A DNA stretch of 63,617 bases, filler included, from Deltaproteobacteria bacterium (GTDB taxonomy: Bacteria > JAUYMQ01), in the NCBI GenBank assembly GCA_030698575.1. It is 12 parts of 12 records of this genome, joined end to end, with 100 filler letters (N's around TTAATTAATTAA, not from the genome) between each part and the next. Parts side by side here need not be neighbours in the genome. Positions count along the whole stretch, not along the records: positions 51,448 to 60,329 come from JAUYMQ010000560.1; positions 60,430 to 63,617 come from JAUYMQ010000581.1; 10 more parts are not named here. One strand, given 5' to 3'. This document shows, one piece after another, positions 58,736 to 63,617 of this stretch. The position numbers and the translations under genes were made by a program. Below the pieces are notes generated by a model. The model saw only the letters and a program-made list of their open reading frames with translations. It made no database searches and was not told the origin of the DNA. Positions within the stretch are counted from its first letter, which is position 1. Every line of letters begins with the position of its first letter.

Positions 58736-58822
58736 CTTATTGACTTATTCGCCCTGGCCGACTGCGTCTCCTTCCGGGGCCGCAAGTTTCGGGAAGGACC
58801 CCCCAACAAGTCAATAAGTCAA
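58732..58822. mobile_element. 91-bp MITE-like element
   Basis: 18-bp TIR TTGACTTATTGACTT(A/G)TT flanked by the 7-bp direct repeat GCCTGGC. Confidence 0.7.
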
Positions 58823-59673
58823 GCCTGGCCCCGGTCCAGAAACGCCAGCACCACCTTCGCGAACTGCTCCGGCGCCTCGACGCTCATCGCGTGCCCGACG
58901 CCTTTCATGATCACCTTGCGCGCGCCCGGGATGCGGCGGGCCATCGCCTCGGCCTCCGCGAGATAGTAAGTGTCGTTCTCGCCCACCAGGACGAGCGTGG
59001 GCGCGTGGATGCGATCCAGGGCCTCGAACAGGGAAGGCCGATCGATGGTGACGCGGTAGTTCCCGGCGAAGCCGTGAGGCGTCGCGCCCGCGGCCCACGC
59101 CTCGATCTGCGCATTGAAGCGGGCATCTCGCGCGACGCCCTTGAAGAGCGGGCCGTCGAAATACAATCGATAGGCCTCCCGCAGCCCCTCGCCGGCCAGC
59201 ACCTGCTCGACCAGCCTGGCGCGCGAGATGATCGCCTCGGGCAGCCGCGAGGCCATCGCCGAGGCCAGGATGAGCGCCTCCACGCGCTCGGGCCAGCGCG
59301 TCGCGAAGCTCAGTGCCGTGGCGCCCCCCATCGAGAGCCCCAGCACCCGCGCGCGCTCGATGCCCAGGTCGTCCAGCACGCCCCGGAGATCGTCCCCGAA
59401 CGTGTCGAGGGTGTACGGGTCGGGCTCGCCGGGCACCGGGACGGGGTGATCGGACTCGCCACTGCCGCGCTGATCGAAGGTGATGACCTGGTGGGTCTCG
59501 GCAAAGCGGGGAACCTGCGCCTCCCACATGGTCCTATCGACGCCGAAGGCATGGCAGCAGACGAGCGCCGGGCCGCTGCCCCGGTACTCGTAAGCGATGC
59601 GCACGCCGCCTACCCGCGCCGTGCCGCGCGGGGGATTGCTTCGTCGCCCCTTCGGGGTGCCTGGCAATGACAT
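58819..59673 (-). CDS. Alpha/beta hydrolase (PcaD-like)
   Basis: DQRGSGES, GLSMGG nucleophile, VGEND, GVGHA. Confidence 0.9.
   Translation of the reverse strand: MSLPGTPKGRRSNPPRGTARVGGVRIAYEYRGSGPALVCCHAFGVDRTMWEAQVPRFAETHQVITFDQRGSGESDHPVPVPGEPDPYTLDTFGDDLRGVLDDLGIERARVLGLSMGGATALSFATRWPERVEALILASAMASRLPEAIISRARLVEQVLAGEGLREAYRLYFDGPLFKGVARDARFNAQIEAWAAGATPHGFAGNYRVTIDRPSLFEALDRIHAPTLVLVGENDTYYLAEAEAMARRIPGARKVIMKGVGHAMSVEAPEQFAKVVLAFLDRGQA
59634..59671 (-). repeat. GTCATTGC...CGACGAAGCAATC-type palindromic repeat unit
   Basis: Minus strand GTCATTGCCAGGCACCCCGAAGGGGCGACGAAGCAATC; single copy here, family recognised from memory. Confidence 0.5.
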
Positions 59674-59711
59674 GCGGGGGCCTCCGCGCAATGGTATGGG
59701 ATAACGATGGC

Positions 59712-60329
59712 ATGAAAACGCCCACCGCGAAATCCAGACTACCAGACCTCATCGGCTGGGTCGCCATCCTCCTCTTCGCTGGCATCTACGCCGTTGAGCT
59801 GCTGCCGCACCACGGGCCGCCCGTCACCGTTCGGTGGATCGAGAAGAGCTTCGGGACATCCGGGCTCATCCTCCTGAACATCCTGGTCGTGCTCGGCTTC
59901 CTGGCCCTGCTTCCCTACCGCCGGCCGACGAGAAAGGCCTGGCGGTCGCACGGCGCCTTCTTCGCCTTTGTCATCGCCCTCATGACCGAGATGTTCGGCT
60001 GGCCGCTGTTCGTCTTCCTTGCCTCGCCGCTCGTCGAGATCCCGAGCCTCGCGCACGGGTATTTTCGAGCGGTGGGGCACTGGGTCGCCTCCGCCGGCAC
60101 GGCCGTGAGCCTCCTGGGCGTGGTCCTCATCGCGGTGGGCTGGCGGAAGATTCATCGCGCCGAGACCCTCGTGACCGACGGCGTTTACAAGTACATCCGG
60201 CACCCCCAGTACACCGGCATCTTTCTGTTCACGCTGGGCTGGCTCGTGCACTATCCCACGGCCATCACGCTGGTGCTCTGGCCCATCCTGATGATCGCCT
60301 ACGTCTGGCTGGCGCGGCTGGAGGAGAAG
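59712..60329 (+). CDS. Isoprenylcysteine carboxylmethyltransferase family membrane protein (3'-truncated)
   Basis: ALMTEMFG, LVTDGVYKYIRHPQYTG, EE. Confidence 0.85.
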
Positions 60330-60527
60330 NNNNNNNNNNNNNNNNNNNNNNNNNNNNNNNNNNNNNNNNNNNNTTAATTAATTAANNNNNNNNNNNNNNN
60401 NNNNNNNNNNNNNNNNNNNNNNNNNNNNNCGCATCGAAGCAGTGTGCCGCCACCTGGCTTCACGGGGCGTGGTCGCCGCCACGCTCACGGAGGCCGCCCG
60501 CGGCGTCCGCGCCGGCGGAGGCGCGGC

Positions 60528-61538
60528 GTGAGTGTCGAGGCCAGGCTTGCCGAGATCCGGCCCGCCGCCATGAAGACCTGCGCCGACATGGGCCTGGCCA
60601 CGGAAACGCGGCTCGAGGATCTGCTGAAGGCCCAGGCCGAGGCGCCGCGCTTCGATGAGGCGACGGCGAGCGCCCGGGTATCTCCCGCCGATCTGGCGCG
60701 CCTGTATGAGATGCGCGCCCGCCACCTCGACTGGACCCAGGAGACCGGCTACCTCGGGTTCTTCGCCGAGAATCCGGGCATCCGGTACGCATACCGGCGG
60801 CGCCTGGAGGTGCAGACGTCCCTGCTTGCCGCGGTGCCCGGTGGCTCGCTGCTCGAGGTGGGTTGCGGCGCGGGCATTCTTGCGCTGCTGGCCGCTGACC
60901 GTTTCTCCAGTATCGTCGCCACGGATATCAGCCCGACGGCGGTGGACTTCGCCCGCCGTTTTGCGGCGGCGATTGGCGTGCGCAACGTCCGCTTCGTGGT
61001 GGCGGACGCCGAGCAGCTGCCTTTCCGTGACGGAGCCTTCTCCGCGGTCGCCATCGGCGAGGTCATCGGCCACGTGGCTTCTCCCGCCCGCGCCGCGGAC
61101 GAGCTGGCGCGCATCACCCATGCGGGCGGGGCGCTGCTCCTTTCCACACCCTGCGCCCTCTCGCCCACGCGCGCGCTGTTGCGGCTGGCTGCCATCTTCG
61201 GCCTCGGCCCCGGCCTGCCGGCCGAGCAACATGTCGACAGGCGCGTGGCCGGCGTTCTCGGGAGCGCGAAAGAGAGCGTCAGGCCCGAAGCCCTCCTGCG
61301 GCTCAAGCGCCACTATCGTTTCCGCGAGATCGTCGCGCTCATGGGAGCGACCGGGTACCGCCTACGGCGAAGTCTGGGGGCAACGCTGGACCTCCCGCCC
61401 CCGGTCCTCATCTACCGATACCTTCCCGCGCGGGCGCTCGGCGCGGTGCGGACGGTCGAGTCGGTCCTGAATACCCTCGGTCTGTTCGGGCGCTTTTTCT
61501 CGATCTCGACTATCTTCCGCTTCGAGAAGCCATCTTGA
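60528..61538 (+). CDS. Class I SAM-dependent methyltransferase
   Basis: LLEVGCGAG, TDIS, ADAEQLPF; GTG overlaps the stop of an upstream partial ORF (60430-60531). Confidence 0.85.
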   Translation: MSVEARLAEIRPAAMKTCADMGLATETRLEDLLKAQAEAPRFDEATASARVSPADLARLYEMRARHLDWTQETGYLGFFAENPGIRYAYRRRLEVQTSLLAAVPGGSLLEVGCGAGILALLAADRFSSIVATDISPTAVDFARRFAAAIGVRNVRFVVADAEQLPFRDGAFSAVAIGEVIGHVASPARAADELARITHAGGALLLSTPCALSPTRALLRLAAIFGLGPGLPAEQHVDRRVAGVLGSAKESVRPEALLRLKRHYRFREIVALMGATGYRLRRSLGATLDLPPPVLIYRYLPARALGAVRTVESVLNTLGLFGRFFSISTIFRFEKPS

Positions 61539-61552
61539 AGGAACATCGGGCC

Positions 61553-62134
61553 ATGAAAGCAAATCGCCGGAACACGAAAAAGCAGTTCAAAGAGCTTTCG
61601 CTGCGGCCGATCGAGAGAAAGGACCTGCGGCTGCTTCGTAAGTGGAAGAACGATTCCACGGCGCGCCGCAGTGTGGGCGACGGCACGCGCACCTTTTCTG
61701 AGGAAGACATGGAACGTTGGTTCGAGCGGACCGAAGCCCTCATCGACCGGGATCGGCGCTGGATCGTCGTGGAGGGGGGACGCCCCGTCGGATTCGTGGG
61801 GCTCTACGGAATCGATCTCACCCGCCGCCATGCGGAAATCGGAATTCTCCTGGACAGCGGCGCGCGAGGGCGCGGGATCGGCCGCGAGGCTACGTGGCTT
61901 GTCTTCGATGAAGCCTTCAACATGCTCAATCTCCACCGCCTCTACCTTCACGTGTTGAGCGATCACCGGATCGCGCAGAAGATGTACAAGCGCTGCGGAT
62001 TCCGGGATGAGGGCCGGCTTCGCCAGCACAATTTCAAGGCGGGCCGCTACGTGGATGTGATCGTCATGGGAATACTCGCGAGCGAGCACGCGGCCCAGCA
62101 CCGCGAAGAAGGGCGCAAGAGGTCCCCGCGGTGA
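61553..62134 (+). CDS. GNAT acetyltransferase (RimJ/PseH-like)
   Basis: LRPIE, RHAEIGI, RGRGIG, LNLHRLYL, GFRDEGRLR. Confidence 0.88.
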   Translation: MKANRRNTKKQFKELSLRPIERKDLRLLRKWKNDSTARRSVGDGTRTFSEEDMERWFERTEALIDRDRRWIVVEGGRPVGFVGLYGIDLTRRHAEIGILLDSGARGRGIGREATWLVFDEAFNMLNLHRLYLHVLSDHRIAQKMYKRCGFRDEGRLRQHNFKAGRYVDVIVMGILASEHAAQHREEGRKRSPR

Positions 62135-63258
62135 GCGCAGCGGGCTTTCGGCGGGAAGGAATCGGCAGCCACTTCCCGCTCGACCCGGGGGCTTTTATCG
62201 GCCCGCCGCGGGGCGAGTTCCATTGGCCTGCCTCCCACGGCGTTGGCCTCGAGACGGGACGGGCCGCGATCGGCTGGCTGCTCGACGCGCTGGGTCTGGG
62301 TCACGGCGACCGGGCGCTTCTCCCCGCCTACGTCTGCGATGCCGCGGTGGCCCCCTTTCGCCGGCGGGGCGTCGCGGTCGATTTCTACCGCGTGGGGGCG
62401 ACCCTGGAGCCCGACGGCGATGATGCCGGCGCGCGTATCACGCCCGCCACACGCCTCCTCATGGTCGTCCACTATTTCGGTTTTCCGCTGGGCCGGGAGG
62501 TTCTCTCACGGATGCCGCAGAACCCGGACGTCGTTCGTCTCGAGGATTGGGTTCAGAGCCCCCTCAGTGCCGGCGCCCTGGCACCCGAAGGCTTCGGGGA
62601 GTACCGCGTGATCGCCTGGCACAAGGTCGTCTCCGTCCCCGACAGCGGCCTGCTCATCCGCCGACCAGACGTCTCTGCCCCGCCGATGCTCCCGCCATTG
62701 TCCTTTCCCCGGGCGGCTTTCTTCGGACGTCGCCTTCTGGCCACTTCTCTCAAGGCTGTCGCGGTCACGCTCTTCGACGGAGCGCCGCGGGGGTTCTACA
62801 GGCCCCTCTTCGAGGCCGCCGAGCGCGCCGCAGATGCCGGGGTGCCCGGGCGGATGTCGTGCCTCTCCCGCCGGATTCTCGAGCGCTTGCCTGTGGGCGC
62901 CATTGTGATGCGGCGGCGGGAAAACTTTCTCCGGCTTGCGAAGGCTGTTTCCGATCTTCCAGGCGTAACGCTCCTCCGGCCGGATCTTCCGGCCGGGGTG
63001 TGTCCGCTGGGGCTCCCCGTGCGTGTCCGGCATCGCGACGGGGTACTGGCCCGCCTCATCCGCGCTCGTATTTACGCGCCCGTCCACTGGGTGCTCCCGG
63101 CCGAGGTGGACCGTGCGGTCTTTCCGGCGGAAGCATCGCTATCAGATGAGGAGATCACCCTCCCGGTCGATCAGCGCTACGGGGCCGACGAGATGGACTT
63201 CGTCGCGAGAACGCTCGGCGAGGCGGTCAAGCGGGAAGGTGGGGGGGGCGCGCCGTGA
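62131..63258 (+). CDS. DegT/DnrJ-like PLP aminotransferase family protein
   Basis: TGRAAI, LPAYVC, VHYFGFP, HKVVSVPDSG, RRRENF, LPVDQRY. Confidence 0.8.
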   Translation: MSAAGFRREGIGSHFPLDPGAFIGPPRGEFHWPASHGVGLETGRAAIGWLLDALGLGHGDRALLPAYVCDAAVAPFRRRGVAVDFYRVGATLEPDGDDAGARITPATRLLMVVHYFGFPLGREVLSRMPQNPDVVRLEDWVQSPLSAGALAPEGFGEYRVIAWHKVVSVPDSGLLIRRPDVSAPPMLPPLSFPRAAFFGRRLLATSLKAVAVTLFDGAPRGFYRPLFEAAERAADAGVPGRMSCLSRRILERLPVGAIVMRRRENFLRLAKAVSDLPGVTLLRPDLPAGVCPLGLPVRVRHRDGVLARLIRARIYAPVHWVLPAEVDRAVFPAEASLSDEEITLPVDQRYGADEMDFVARTLGEAVKREGGGGAP

Positions 63259-63617
63259 GCGGCGGAACGCTGACCCTCCTCGAGGCAGAGGGCGCCGACG
63301 CCGGGCGCTGGGAGGGTGCCCTCGCCGATATTCCGGGGGCGGATATCTACTTCACCCCGGCCTACACGCGTCTGTTCAGCGGACTCAACGGCGATCACGC
63401 CCTGGGGGCGATCTGGGAGAGCCCCCGTGGGCGCGCCGTTTTTCCGCTCCAAATTCGCCCTCTTGACCGGCTCCCCTACTGGGCACCCGCATGGCTGGGA
63501 GTGCTGGCGGGCGCCCCTGCCTATGACGCCGTCAGCCCCTACGGCTACTCAGGGCCGATCACGGATGCTGCGGCAGGTGAAGCGCCCGATCTTCTTAGGG
63601 AATTCACCGGCGCGCTT
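63255..63617 (+). CDS. FemAB-like GNAT protein (runs off window)
   Basis: Own translation ...DIYFTPAY...DAVSPYGYSGPI; GTGA overlap. Confidence 0.7.
   Translation, partial: MSGGTLTLLEAEGADAGRWEGALADIPGADIYFTPAYTRLFSGLNGDHALGAIWESPRGRAVFPLQIRPLDRLPYWAPAWLGVLAGAPAYDAVSPYGYSGPITDAAAGEAPDLLREFTGAL

Overview
This window is not continuous DNA. It consists of 12 short high-GC bacterial contigs joined by 100-bp N/TTAATTAATTAA spacers, probably from more than one organism. Housekeeping content includes: pyruvate dehydrogenase genes; an ECF sigma/anti-sigma/Spy module; a Grx-TrxB fusion; a heat-shock operon split over two overlapping contigs (hsp20-dnaK-lon-groES-groEL); bamA-skp-lpxD; narGHJI-type genes; Mg2+/polyphosphate genes; an ABC exporter; a RES-Xre toxin-antitoxin pair; a large CoA-activase fusion; and a sugar-modification cluster. 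The strongest hidden signal is an ArsM-like methyltransferase whose apparent stop (TGA 30569-30571) lies at a conserved Cys position, is followed by a SECIS-like hairpin and reads on for 57 codons, i.e. a probable selenoprotein. It sits next to two APH-fold paralogues that both lack the catalytic Asp. Other notable items: a split Dna2-like nuclease/helicase pair; a satellite-like element that truncates tRNA-Lys and carries a three-way-junction RNA; a 91-bp MITE that supplies the stop codons of two convergent genes; and a Nar operon resembling the cytoplasmic NXR clade. Family assignments come from motif recognition only; no searches were run.
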